In this document: positions 32,835 to 47,137 of the stretch, piece by piece
Layout of the letters: each line of letters starts with the position of its first letter
How positions within the stretch are numbered: position 1 is the first letter of the stretch
From: Azolla caroliniana
Taxonomy: Eukaryota > Plantae > Polypodiophyta
NCBI GenBank assembly: GCA_043228905.1
Contig: JBHGNT010000013.1
Coordinates: forward strand, 6,634,001-6,698,000
Direction: 5' to 3'
DNA: 64,000 nucleotides
The notes under the pieces: model-generated
Databases searched by the model: none
Told to the model about the DNA's origin: nothing
The model's input: the letters and a program-made list of their open reading frames with translations, nothing else
Position numbers and translations under genes: made by a program

Positions 32835-35800
32835 TAAAGTCAAGCGTTCTACATTCCCCAATTTGTGACAAAGGTTGATTTTTGTTCGTCCTCTAGGGCC
32901 ATGCGAACTTGGTTATAGCCGATGAATCCGTTCAAAATATTATAGAGTTCATGGCCCGCAACTATGTTGAGAATGGAGTCCATGAAGGGGAACAGGAATG
33001 CATCGGTGATTGTATTTGCGTTCAACTTCCTATAATTGACTCAAACTCGAATTTTCCCGTTCTTCTTCGAGATGACCATGATTGGGCCGAGCCACGTGGT
33101 CGTCTTAATCGGCTGAATAAACCCTGCGTCGACAAGTTTGTTAATTTCTTCTTTGACCTTTTCGGCATAATTAGGCTTCATGTTATATCAGCGTTATTAG
33201 GCGGTCTTTGCATCGCCTTTCAAATTAATTTTGTGGTGATAAAATTGTAGGTCAAGCCCTGGCATGTTAGTGTGCAACCATGCGAAAACATCCTTGTACG
33301 ACCGCAATAGACACTCTAGTTGTGTTCGAAAGGAATCAGGAAGATGATTTGCTACTAGGACTATGCGGGGTGCACCCTGCATTCCTAGGTTCAGCTCCTC
33401 CACGTCAATTTCTTGAACACTTTGTGATAGTGTGAGGTCACGTTCCAAGTTTGTGGAGGCTTGGTCAAGCTCGGTTAACGCTACCAACGACTTGGACAAC
33501 TCTACGCATTGCTCAAGGATGTCAAGTATGTCTATCTCGAACAATGGTACAAAATCGGGTTTTTCCTCTTGCTACGTGTCGATTTCCTCTTTCGTCGTGC
33601 CTTCACCGTCAAGCATGTTGACTGTTTCACCCCACACTAGAGTGACTGCCTACAACGGTGTAGGGGCCGTAGTCGTGTCGACGCGGATTTTGTGACCATT
33701 GCGACAGATTGTGAGCCGATTATTCGGCCAGACCTGCTTGATCTGGGCTGCACGAAGCCATGGTCGTCTGAGGAGAGGATATCAACCGTTTTCGGTCAGG
33801 TGCAACACCATTGTGGAGATTTGGAATGTTTTGCTGCCTACCATGATAGGGAGGTCTTTGAGCAACCCCAGCGGCTTCACTGCACTAGTATCTGCCATGG
33901 GGAGATGGAAGGGGCAATGAGCCCAATCCGACATGACGAGGTCACTGAAAGTGGCCTCACTGATCACATTGACTTCCGACCCACGGTCGATGACAACCCC
34001 TTGCACATGTTGACCGTTGATGTGGAGGGAGAGGACAGGGAAATGTTCATCGCGCAAATTGGGGTCTACGACCGGGTTCAATAGGCATGACGAAGCAGTC
34101 GGACGAGGTTGAAATTTCTCCTCCAATTGGGTACGAAATCACAGGATAAGGTCCATGAGATGACCCAACGAGAGTGTAATATTACAGGGATCTAGGAGCC
34201 GCATGATGTCCTCTCCTGACAGAGTGTCGGCCACGTCGTTTGCGGCTGACCCCACCTAGGCTTGCGTTTGGCAGCGCACTTCGTCCTGCGCCTGCCATAT
34301 TGCTTCCCGTGTCTGAGACTGAGTCTGGACCATCTGTACATCTGCCATGATCAAATTGATTGTTGGTCTATTGTCTGTGGTGGGATGATGCGGGTAGTCG
34401 TTCTGAAAATGGCCCAACTGGTTGCAGCAGAAACAGAGAGGGACGAGGTTTTGTGTGGGAGGGGCTGGTGGGTCTTGTGTCAATTGCTCTTGGTGGTGTG
34501 ACTAGTTGTTGTATCGTCCTCCATATCGTTGTCGCGGCCGATTCTGGCCCTGGTGCGGTTGATTACGCGCATCTTGAGACTCGAACCACTGCTTGGTGTG
34601 AGGGCTGTGCGAGTAAATTGTACTCGCAATTGGCAATGATGTGTGCAAAGCAACAGAGTTGCAAAGGACACAACCAAGGGGGCATTCCAACACTGAATGG
34701 CCCGCCTAGTAGCAACGTGTGCAAAACATAGCCATTAGAGATTGCGGTGGTTGTGTGGCCAGCTATTGGGGCTCTACGGTGAGATATCTTATCCGTGGCG
34801 GGGTGCGAAGTGTGTTGTATGTTGGGGCGACAGTTGTGGTGCCAGCTTGAATGGGTACCATGGATATTGGGTCAACTAGGGAAGGGTTGGCTGGCACCCA
34901 AGGTGTGTGCTCACAAAAGAGTGCTTGATCGAATACATCCTCTAAGGTGGATTGTGTGAAGTCTAGCTGGACGACGTAAGTCAATAGAGCTAGGCAGAAA
35001 CCCCAGATATACGTGTCAATTTGGTCCTCCTTCGGTGGAGGAGTGGGCAAGCGTTGCATGAGGGTCTGAAACCTCAAACTTGCATTGTTGAGTAATAGGC
35101 AATGCAGAGCTGTTTCAATGGTACACGACGTTGAAATAATTTCTTGAAGCGTGCGGCAAGGTTATCGAATGTCGTAAAGGTGGTCAAGGGTTGTGCCTTG
35201 AACCATGTGGCGGGTGGGCCATCTAGTGACAGACCGAACTCCATCACTTGTGAAGCCGCCAAATCCGGCCCCGCTAGACGTTGGCCAATGTGGTTTACCG
35301 TCCACATGCGGAGTTATGCGTGTAAGTGCTCCTCCGCGTCACTATTCCTAGAGAAAATGGAATAAGGGTATGACATGGCAGTGACAAACGACCAATGTTA
35401 TAATTGTGTGAATGTTATACAATTACACAATTACACATTCACATAACCACATTAGAACATTACGAGGTGTGAGTGAGTGACTAGTGTGAATGTCCAAGGG
35501 GGCTTGCACTTTTATGTATCTACCATTTAACCCCTTATGGGAAATGAATGAAGGATAAAAGGAACATTTCTCTCTCTTGTCATCACTCTCTCTCTCTCTC
35601 TCACCCTTACGTTGAACCCCCTTGGGAAGGGGTGAAGCCATTCTAGGCACCACCTCCCACCCCGTAATGATTCTCAATGCTTATCAACATCTTCGCCATA
35701 GCCATCAACCCCTCAATGCTTATCAATCTCCCCATCACAACCCTATTCTACCATTTCTATCTTTATCATCAATCATCATCACAATCATAGTCATTAACCA

Positions 35801-37217
35801 CAACCCTAAAACCTACAACACTATTTCGGCGACCACTAAGGCAAACCCCCTTTGGAGACGAAGTCGTAGACTAATACGTAGCAAAGACATGGCAACGACA
35901 AATTGTGCGAGAAATCAAATCGGCGATGTGTGGGAAATGGTGATGGTGATTGGAAGCCGTCGAGGTGGAGAAATGCAACACGATGATGTTGTGCGAGAGG
36001 ACGTTGCAGAAGGATACACGTTACGGACGTATGTGCAAGTGTGCGGTTAGCGACAATGTGCGTGTTGGGGAAAGCGTGGTGCGAGAGACAACCAAAAAGA
36101 CTACGACGAACAATGACATGGCCAGATGAACAATGACAGAGAAGGGACCGACAAAGAAATTTCGGATACAAGTAGCACATAGAACCGGTTCCAGCACGAC
36201 AGGAAAGAGAAGCCCACCAGGAGACTGCGGAGGAAGAAGCAGTGTGTGGAGCGGATGCCGATAGGAAGTGATGAGAATGCACATGAGATGGTTACAGAAG
36301 AAGTAGCGGGGAGACAACCGGAACCAGAACCAGAGTTCGTTAACATAGAAGGGCCAAAGTAGACGGAGAAGGAGACGCTAACGCAAACCAGACATCGACG
36401 GCTCGAAAAGTAGACAACACCGGAAAGACACGGCCAAACGCACCAGGCATGGACGACCGCAAAGACACTATGTACTGAAACGGATTGCAAGGACATGGTT
36501 GAACCAGAAAAATAAAAGGCACAACCAAACCGGAATGAGGCAACCGGATAGGCTGGCTCGCACAGGCACAAACAAAGATGAACGAACGGGCCAACGGGAG
36601 AAACGGACAGAAGACCGGGAAGACGGACCAGATGCACGGCCGGAAGACAGTAGCCGAAGCAGAATAGAGGCGGTCAGGATGAACGACGACCGGACAAACG
36701 GAGACAATCTAACCTAATGGATGACGGAGACAGCCAGACGGTAGACAGTCGGAAAGAGACAGACCGGATAGATACGGTCAGTCAGATAGGCCGAACATAT
36801 GGACAACGACATTGACAGAGACTACGACTGAAAAAGGATGGAGTCTACCGCGAATGGAGGGACCGGATAGATGACAATGGCCAGGATGACGACTGAACTG
36901 AACAAACGAAAACAAAGAGTGACAATGATGGACAACGGACACCAGATGCCGTGTTGGGAATTTGGTCCCTCCAGATGGGATCCAGATGAGAACCGAACGA
37001 GCCGGATGAAGGAACAGGATCCGGAAGGATTCCGGATGACACCCGGAAACCGAATCGAGTGAATCCAGATGGATTCGGTGCAAACTGGAACCAAGGACAT
37101 ATGTGTAAATATGTTTCATAGTGAGCCCATCGAGGCTATATTTGTAAATAGCCCAAATGTCATATAAGTATAAATATGACATAGGGCAATCACTTTAAAA
37201 TGTGATGTGAGTTGTTG

Positions 37218-37283
<66 letters not shown>
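37218..37283. repeat. (TA)n(GA)n microsatellite in D 5' LTR
   Basis: Seen directly; not expanded in the 3' LTR. Confidence 0.95.
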
Positions 37284-37285
<2 letters not shown>

Positions 37286-39243
37286 CAGAACTAGTTTCTA
37301 TTTATAATCGCCATTGGCGAAGATATAGAGCTCGAGGTCGTTGCCTCTAAGTCTCACTTTGTATTCCTCCTCTCATAGTGATAGTTGGAGTCCGCGGGCT
37401 CCCGTGGGGTCCCATGGTTTTTCCCGTTTAGGGTTTTCCACGTAAATATCATGTGTCATCTCGGTTTCAGTTTGTTCTCTTCTATTCCTTGTTGAAGACT
37501 CGGTTGTGGCCGAGCGGTATTTCCGTACAAACTTGTATCTGAGTGAACAAAGGAAACGGAAGAATCACCGGCTCCAACTACCTAGTGTGGAAGTTGAAGA
37601 TGAGGGACATGCTTGTGGTCAAAGATCTCTGGTTGTTGGTACAATTCGAGAACAAGAAACCAAACAAGATCGATGCCACGACATGGGAGGTGATGCACAT
37701 GAACACAACGGTGTACATTCGGTGCTTCATCAACATGAGTCTATATAACAACTTCAATGAAGAAAGTAAAGCTCATGTGCTCTAGGAGAAAATCGGCACT
37801 ACGCTGGAGAGTAAAAACTTCATAAATCGGGTTTCGGTATTCCGGAAGTTAGTGACACTCCGGTACCAGGACGGATCCAGCATGGCAGAGCACATGAACG
37901 CATTTCAGGGGCTCATAAATCAAACAACTTCGCTTGAAGTACCTCTGACTGAAGAGGTACTTGCATTGCTCCTGCTCGTTTCCATCCCAGATAGTTGTCC
38001 CTAGCAAGGGTAAAATCAAGCTTGCTAGATGAAGAAGCTCGTCAGAAGGACCGGGAGTCCAGAACCGATCCGAAGGCCTTGGTCACGGAAGATGACCATT
38101 ACCAGGGAAGAGGCCGGTATCGGAGTCCCCAAAACTGGTACAAATCAGGAACGAGGTCGAAGTCAAGGGGGAGGCCTACTTGCTTTTATTGTGGGAAGCC
38201 AGGGCACTTCCAAAAAAACTGTCGGCATTTCCAGAAAGAGAAAGGAACTGACAGTGCCAATTCAAAGAAGGGTTCGGACCGGAGAGGCTCGGATTGGAAG
38301 GGAACGTCGGCAATCGCGACAAGTGAAGAAGAATTGATGCTTATTACCGAGGAGAATGAGTTAAACCTTGCAGCAACGAGACAACGTAGGTTGTCGATTC
38401 CGAAGTGTCGTTCCACCTGACCCCTGGCCGGAGATGCTTCTCATCCTACACAACCGGAGATTGTTGACGACATTAACCGCATGCAAGTTGTTATTGAAGT
38501 GTGACACGTTCCAGAGGTTCGGTTGAACCTGATATCAGCTGGTCGGCTTGATGATGAAGGCTACCCATGGGTAGCATCCGGAACGGAGTTATGAAGTTCA
38601 GCAAGGGAAGCTTGATTGTGGCTCGAGCTCGGAAGATCAACACATTGTACCTAATGGAGGCCCGGATATTCCAGGAAGAAGTGAACGTAGCATTCGACAC
38701 TACCGGTGAGCTATGGCACACAAAGTTGTGTCACATGAGTGAGAAGGGGATGAGAAGACTTGCCGAAGATAACCTCACGTCATAGGCAGGATGCCACATG
38801 GAATGGTGGGGGTTGAACCTATGACCTTTTGGTCTTATTGGGCAACCTTACTAATTGAGCTACATCCATCTATGCATTATTGTATTGTGTAAGACTCAAC
38901 TTATTTCATTATAGATTGATCACTAGAACTTTCAAGAACCTTCTAAAGAATGCATCTTCATGCACTCTCTAAAAGTCTTTTAGCTTTCATGCATACCTCC
39001 ACATTCTTGTATAAATACTGGGGTGCACCTTGATTACAATCAAGGTGAACTACACCAGTTACGAAAGCATATACAATTCTTGTTTATTTGTCTATCCTCT
39101 CTCTTGCTTGTTCTCTTGTCTATGCTCTCTCTCCCACTATCTCTTAATATTGAGCCTCTTCTACTTGTCCTTGACAATCTTGTGATCTTGCTTATGCTCT
39201 CGCTCTCTCTTAGTACTTAGCCTCATTCCACCCGTTCGTGACA

Positions 39244-39255
39244 GTTGTTCACCTT
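39244..39255 (+). promoter_or_regulatory. G3 self-priming PBS
   Basis: GTTGTTCACCTT directly after the 5' LTR, complementary to LTR consensus AAGGTGAACAAC (39042-39053) ~25 nt after TATAAATA (39010-39017). Confidence 0.75.
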
Positions 39256-41644
39256 CCCATTTTCTAAGCCTCAACATGTCAAATCTTACCGAGAGAATAA
39301 ATCACCTCATGGAAGCCATGCATCAACTTCAACTTCAGAATGACAACCTTCAGGAATTGTTACGGAAGCTTCAGGTTGGAACACCGATGGAACTCAAAGA
39401 AAAAAAACAACTCTCCTCCTACATCAACAAAGCGAGATTAAAAATTTACTACTCAACTTTCTGGAGCCTACAATCGGTTGTTTGAGCTTCATCAAGAGGA
39501 ACGAGCAACTTCAAGGTGCAAAGCCTCTTCGAGATCTTCTCCATCGTCATCGTACGATGACCCCGTGCCAATGGAAATTGATCGAGCTCGCGCCCCGCCA
39601 CTCACCGAGGGTGAATGGAGGTATCCCCGAACCAACAGACTATGTTTATATTGTGGTGCATCCACCCATCTCATTTGTTTTTGCCCAATCAAGAATAATC
39701 AACGACTAATATCTACAAACAATACGACAAGACGACCCCAACAATCGGAAAACGATGGTGTCCAACTATAGTAGGAGCCATGTGGTTGGACAATCCGCAT
39801 TCGTGTCGCTCCCATAGTTCGGCTACCTCTACAGAAGATTTCTCCTTTCCGGTAAGCATCCATTTCAAGTCAATTTCAATTAGATCTTTAGCACTTCTAG
39901 ATGCCGAGGCAACAACGTATTTTATGGACAAAAGGTTCATTCGTAAACACAAATTCCCGGTTGTCTAATTGTCCAAGACAATCCAAATGGAAGCTCGATG
40001 GACACATGTTTTCTTCGAGAGCAGTCACCGAAGCCACTGTCCCACTTATCTTATAGCTTGGGGACCACCAGGAGGCCTAAATGTTTTATGTTATCACTTC
40101 ACTGCGACATTCGGTCATCCTCGGTTTGTCTTGGCTGAAGGCACAAAATCCACTTGTTGATTAGCGCAATCACTCGATTACTTTCTCCCAAACCAGCTCG
40201 GAGGTGCAAGGAATATCTCATGTTATTGCAGGCGCTCACCCTCCCATTAATGCAGGAATCAACTCCAAGGCGGATGCTGACATCCCAATCACAACAAGGA
40301 AAATAGTGGATAGTGCCTCGTCGAGCAATCCAATGAGGACAACTATTGACTCATTACCGTCCAAGTATGAAGACTTCAAGGACGTATTTGAGAAAAAGAA
40401 TGTTGATCACTTGCCTGAGCATTGACACTACGATTGTCTGATCGATCTGCAAGAAGGTGCCAGTCCTCCCTTTGGCCCAATTTATGGGTTGTTAGAACTA
40501 GAACTCAGGCACTCCGAACATATCTCGACGAGAACCTTGAAAACGGTTTTATTCAATGCTCAAAATCACCAGCAGGAGCTCCTATTTTGTTCGTGAAAAA
40601 GAAAGATGGATTCTTACGCCTCTGCGTCGACTATCGGGGTCTAAACAAGATTACTGTTCGGAACCGCTACCCACTGCCTCTCATCCCAGAGTTGTTGGAT
40701 CGACTCCGGACTGGGAAGATCTTCTCTAAGATTGACCTACGGGGGAGCATACAATTGGTACATATCAAACCTAGAGATGAATGGAAAACCTCCTTTAGAA
40801 CACGCTATGGACATTTTGAGTATAAGGTATTGCCTTTTGGCCTCACTAATGCTCCTGTAGTATTTCAGCATATGATGAATGACACCAAGAATATCTAGAT
40901 CACTTTGTTGTGATCTATCTAGATGATATCTTGGTCTCCTCTTCGAACATCAAGGAGCATACTCAACATGTCAGGTTAGTCCTCGCCAAACTTCGTGAGC
41001 ACGGACAGACTCTATGCTAAAAGTGAAAAATGTGAATTTGATCGTACTTCTGTAGAGTTTCTTGGGTATGTCATTTCGACACAGGGAATCACAATGGACA
41101 CATGGAAAGTCAAGACTATCCAACAGTGGGTTGTCCCAACTCGGGACAAGATGTGCAATCATCCCTTGGTTTTGCCAATTTTTATCATCGCTTCATCAAA
41201 GGATTCTCAATGATCGCACAACCTCTCATTGCTCTTACCCGCAAGGATGCTACTTTTGAATGGACAACAACTGCCTAAAAGGCGTTCGACTTGTTGAAAC
41301 AAGCCTTTACCATGGCACTAGTCCTTTTACATCTTGACTAAACTAAGCCTTTCCAAGTCGAAACAGATGATTCCGATTTCACCCATTGGGGCGATCCTCT
41401 CCCAGCCAGATGAGGTCAGTGTGCTTCACCCGGTGGCTTACTACTCCCGCAAATTCACGGCCCAAGAAATCAAATACCCCATATATGACAAAGAGCTTCT
41501 CGCTATTATTGTTGTTTTTAATGAATAGAGATCCTATTTAGCCAAGGCGCAACACCGTATCCAAGTGATTACCGATCACAAAAATCTAATATACTTTTCT
41601 ACCACATGAACCTTAAATGTAGACAGGCGCGATGGTCAACCTTC

Positions 41645-44600
41645 TGCTGCAATCAGCGCTCGGCCACAACCGAGGAATAGGATCTACTCACAGAAAACAA
41701 GAAATACAAAATGCACGAAGTACTGGAGAAAAGAGTACACTGGATGTTTTACGTGGAAAACCCTAAATGGGAAAAACCACGGGAGTCCTCAAACTCCAAC
41801 TATCACTAAAACAGAGATGTACAATGGTGAAGCTATAAGGCAACAACCTTGAGCTCACTATCTTCGCCACAGGCGGCGGTAATACACAGAGGCAACGACC
41901 TCTTCGTCTCTCTCTCTCGGCTGCTCTCACTTCGCTCCCTCTTCATGGAAAAACAGAAAGTATGAGCAACAACGACAAAACTGTTTGCCCTAAGTCATAT
42001 TTATACATATATGACTTTCGGGTTATTTACAAATATAGCCTCGAGGGCCCTTGGCAAACATATTCACAAATATGTCCCCGCATCCGGATCTCTCTCCGGG
42101 TACATTCGTCATCCGGCTCCGTAGCCGGGGTCTTCATCATCCGGCTCCGGAACCGGGTCTTCATCATCCGGCTCCGTAGCCGGGGTCTTCATCATCCAGT
42201 TCCGTAACCGCAACCGGGCTTGCCGTCATTCATCTCCGGACATCCGACCATCCCATCCGGAGGGACCGTAATCCCAACAAACTCCCCCTTCACTTCGGCA
42301 TGGGATGTCTCTCCAATCCGATCCTCTTCCGGCATGCTTCCAGCTTGTCGGGTGTGAGCACCTTGGTCAGCATATCTGACCCGTTCTCGTCCGTGTGGAT
42401 CTTCGTCAGCACGAACTCCTTGTCTTCTATCCTTTCCCGGATCCAGTGATATCTTCACTGGATGTGTTTCGTCCGGGAATGATAGGCCGCGTTCTTCGCA
42501 AGGTGGATGGCACTCTGACTATCGCAGTAGAGCCGGTACTCCTCCTGCCGGATGCCGAGCTCTCTAATGAAGTCCTTCATCCAAATTATTTCCTTGCCGG
42601 CTTCAACAACCGCCATGTACTCTGCCTGCGTGGTTGACAACGCAACCGTCTTCTGCAACCTCGACTGCCACGAAACAGCTCCCCCTGCATATGTCATTAC
42701 ATACCCTGATGTAGACCGGCTGGTATCCGCATCAGCCAACATGTCCGAATCGGTAAATCCATCGAGTTCGGGCTTACCGGAGCCGAATCGGAGGCACATG
42801 TTCGAAGTGCCCTTTAAGTATCGGAGTATCCATTTGACCGCGTTCTAGTGCTCCTTGCCGGGATTACTCATATACCGGCTCACCACTCCGACTGCATATC
42901 CAATGTCTGGTCGAGTACACACCATTGCATACATCAAGCTCCCGACGGCAGAGGCATATGGTATCTTCATCATATCCTCCTTTTCAGCTTTTGTTTTGGG
43001 ACTTTGCTTGCCTGATAACCTGCAGTTTGCCGGGAGAGTCGACCCGACCGGTCTTGCTTCCGACATGTTGAACCGGTGAAGCACCTTTGTCACATACTTC
43101 TCCTGTGACAGCCACAACTGCTTCTGCTTCCGGTTCCGGATGATGTGCATCCCTAGTATTTGCCTCGCCGGACCCAGGTCCTTCATTGAGAAAGTTCGGT
43201 GAAGCGCTTTCTTCAGCATCCGTATCTTGGCCTGGTCCCGTCCGACGATCAACATGTCGTCCACGTACAGGAGGAGTATTAGAAAGTCTCCTCCTTCGAA
43301 CTTCTTCACAAACACGCAGTGATCGGACTGCGTTTTGTGGTACCCTTCGTCGGTCATGAAAGAGTCGAACTTCCGGTACCATTGCCGGGGAGCCTGCTTC
43401 AGTCCGTAAAGGCTCTTCTTCAACCGGCATACCAGGTGCTCCTTCCCTTTCTTCTCGAATCCTTCTGGTTGCTGCATGTAGATCTCTTCTTCGAGGTCAC
43501 TGTGAAGGAATGTCGTCTTCACGTCCATCTGTTCTACCTCGAGGTCCATGCTTGCCGCTATGCTCAGCACCGTCCGGATGGAGGTCATCTTCACTACCGG
43601 GGCAAATATCTCGTCGAAGTCGACGCCCTTTTTCTGTTGGAACCCCTTCACCACGATCCTTGCTTTGTATCTCGGGGGGTTTCCGGCATCTCCCGGTTTC
43701 AGCTTGAACACCCACTTGTTTCGAAGCGCCCGCTTTCCTTTCGGCAACTCCACAAGTTCATATGTGTGGTTCTCATGCAGGGAATCCATCTCCTCCTGCA
43801 TGGCACTTAACCACCTGCGGCTATGTGTGTCAAGCTTTGCTTCTTCAAAACTCTCCGGCTCCCCCTCGTCGGTTAGCAGCACGTGCTCTGGTTCCGGAAA
43901 TCTCCGGGGGGCCCTTCTCTCTCTTAGAGGATATCTCCGCTCCGGAGCTTCGGTAACCGGCTCCTCCGTTTCCTCTTCATCCGAATCCATTTCGGGATCG
44001 GGGCTGGTTCCGGTATCAGTTTCATCTTCCTCGGCCGGTTTTGTTTCTTCACCGTCTTCGGCCGGAACCTCGAGTGCTAACTGGTCCCTTGCCGGTCGGG
44101 ACTGCTCCTCGTAGAGTTGATCCTCACCGGTCGACTTGGAGCTCTTCATCTTCTTCTCCGACTCCCAGTCGGCGAGTGTCTTGTCCTCCATGAAGATGAT
44201 ATCACGACTCCGGAATATCTTCTTGTCGACCGGGTCCCATACTCGGTAGCCGAACTCGTCATCGCCATAACCGAGGAATATGCATGGCCGGGTCTTTGGA
44301 TCTAGCTTTCCTCTCCGGTCCTTTGCCACATGCACGTATGCGAGACACCCGAACACCTTCAGATGCCGGTAGGATACTTCCCTACCGGTCCACACTCTCT
44401 GCGGCGTGTCTCCGTCCAAAGGTACTGAGGGTGATCTGTTTATCACGTATGTCGCCGTCGACATTGCCTCAGCCCAAAACCCCTTGGGTAATTTCGCATG
44501 CGCCAGCATACTCCGGACCCTTTCCATTATGGTCCGGTTCATCCTCTCGGCCAGCCCGTTCAGTTCCGGCGTCTTCGGCACAGTAAACTCGAGCCGGATT

Positions 44601-47137
44601 CCCTTCGAGCGACAGTACTCCTCGAACTGCCCCCGGTATTCTCCTCCGTTATCCGCTCGTATCGCTTTCAGCTTCTTGCCGGATTCCCTTTCCACTCTCG
44701 CATGGAGTCTTTGAAGACGGACAATACTTGGTCCTTTGTCTTCAACGGTGCCGTCCACAGCTTCCGGCTGTGGTCATCAATGAATGTCACGAAGTACTGG
44801 GCTCCGCCATGTGACTTCGTTTCTACTTGACACACGTCAGTGTGCACCAACTCCAATGGTGCGCTACGTCTCGTCGGTGGCCTTGAGTGGAAGGAGGCTC
44901 GGTTCTGCTTACCGGCCAGGCAATCGGTGCACTTCTCCAGATGCACATGCTTCACTGGAATAAGGTTGTCTTCTGCAAGCCTCTTCATCCCCTTCTCGCA
45001 CATGTGGCACAGTCTCTTGTGCCACAGCTCACCGGCAGTGTCAGCTGCCACGTTCAGCTCCTCCGGACATAGCCGGGAATTCATCAGGTACAGTGTGTTG
45101 ACCTTCCGGGCCCGAGCCACTATAAGGCTCCCTTTGCTGAACTTCATGACACCGTTCCTAATGCTACCCGTGTAGCCTTCATCGTCTAGCCTCCCAGCCG
45201 AAATCAGGTTCAATCGAACCTCCGGAACGTGTCGAACATCCTTCAGCAGCATCTTGCATCCGGTTGATGTCATCAGCCACACGTCTCCTATGCCGGCAAT
45301 CCGGCATGTCCCTTCATTTCCCATCCGGACACAGCCGTGCTCACCGGCTGTGTAGGATGAGAAGTATTTCTTCTCCGGGGTCAGGTGGAACGACGCTCCG
45401 GAATCGACCACCCAGGTCATCTCTACACCGGCAAGGTTCAGCTCCCTCTCTTCGGTAATGACCATTATCTCTTCTTCACTTGCCGCGAGTGCCGTCGTTC
45501 CTTTCCGGTCCTGCCCTCGCCGATCCGGACCTCTCCGGTCCGTGGCTCCCCGGTATGCACCATTTCTCTCCGGTGACTTCTTCGAATCGGTGTCGTCGGC
45601 TCCGTTGTCCTTTCGGTAATGCCGACAATTCTTCCGGAAGTGCCCCGGCTTCCCACAGTGGAAGCATGTGGGTCTTCCTCTTGACTGCGACCGGGTCCCC
45701 GACTTCTCCCGTCTTTGCGGACTCCGGTTCCATTGTCTTCCCCGTTCCGATTCGGTAAGCAGCGCCTTCGAGTCGGAGGCCGGTTCTTTATCTCTCCGAC
45801 GCGCTTCTTCGTTCAAAATACTTGTCTTTACCGTTTGTAGGGACAAGTTATCTTCCGTGCAGGAGGTGTTGAGAGTCACCACCAAGTTCTCCCAGCTTTC
45901 CGGCAATGTACACATCAAAATGATGGCTTGCATTGCATCCTCCAGCGGGAACTTGATCGCCGCAAGCTGGTTCACGAATCCCATGAACGTGCTTACGTGT
46001 TCCACCATACTCTCGCCGTCCCGGTACTTGAGGTTCACTATCTTCCTCATCAGGGAGGTCCGGTTCAACGCATTCTTCCTCTCGTAGAGGCCCGACAGCT
46101 TCCGCCACATCTCATATGCGTTGGTGTCGTTCGCCAAATGTTGTAGAACGCTCACGTCGACGTATTGCCGAATGGTTGCAACGGCTTTCCGGTTCAGAAG
46201 CCTCCATTCCGTCTCTATTACCCCCTTGGGTATCTCGGCATTGTCGATCGGTTCGTACAGGTCTCGGACGATGAGAAGGTCTTCCATCTTTATCTTCCAG
46301 TCGGCGTAGTTCTGTGAGTTCAACACCATCATGCCCGGAGGCCCACTACCGCCGCCTTCCATTTTCTGTGTTACCGTCGCTCTGATACCACTTGCTGCAA
46401 TCAGCGCTCGGCCACAACCGAGGAATAGGATCTACTCACAGAAAACAGGAAATACAAAATGCACGAAGTACTGGAGAAAAGAGTACACTGGATGTTTTAC
46501 GTGGAAAACCCTAAATGGGAAAAACCACGGGAGTCCTCAAACTCCAACTATCACTAAAACATAGATGTACAATGGTGAAGCTACAAGGCAACAACCTTGA
46601 GCTCACTATCTTCGCCACAGGCGGCGGTAATACACAGAGGCAACGACCTCTTCGTCTCTCTCTCTCGGCTGCTCTCACTTCGCTCCCTCTTCATGGAAAA
46701 ACAGAAAGTATGAGCAACAACGACAAAACTGTTTGCCCTAAGTCATATTTATACATATATGACTTTCGGGTTATTTACAAATATAGCCTCGAGGGCCCTT
46801 GGCAAACATATTCACAAATATGTCCCCGCATCCGGATCTCTCTCCGGGTACATTCGTCATCCGGCTCCGTAGCCGGGGTCTTCATCATCCGGCTCCGGAA
46901 CCGGGTCTTCATCATCCGGCTCCGTAGCCGGGGTCTTCATCATCCGGCTCCGGAACCGGGTCTTCATCATCCGGCTCCGTAGCCGGGGTCTTCATCATCC
47001 GGCTCCGGAACCGGGTCTTCATCATCGGGCTCCGTAGCCGGGGTCTTCATCATCCGGTTCCGTAACCGCAACCGGGCTTGCCGTCATTCATCTCCGGACA
47101 TCCGACCATCCCATCCGGAGGGACCGTAATCCCAACA
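41645..47137 (-). mobile_element. Copia A3 full-length element inserted in G3 RNase H region; LTRs 41645-42279 and 46393-47137; PBS 46379-46390
   Basis: TSD CCTTC at 41640-41644 and 47138-47142; PPT 42280-42289. Confidence 0.97.
42290..46362 (-). pseudogene. A3 gag-pol with a frameshift near 44708 and stops at 42845 and 42455
   Basis: Colinear with A1; ORF split into 44668-46362, 42845-44758, 42455-42799. Confidence 0.93.

Larger units (their letters stand above)
30351..35375 (-). pseudogene. Gypsy G4: old degenerate G1-related gag-pol, interrupted at ~31750-32845
   Basis: PLEPFQKWGLD, HVFVDASNIAI, QVFLDDF, YKDVFAW, VIDRGSEVN, CFCCNQLGH, EFGLSLDGP fragments. Confidence 0.9.
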
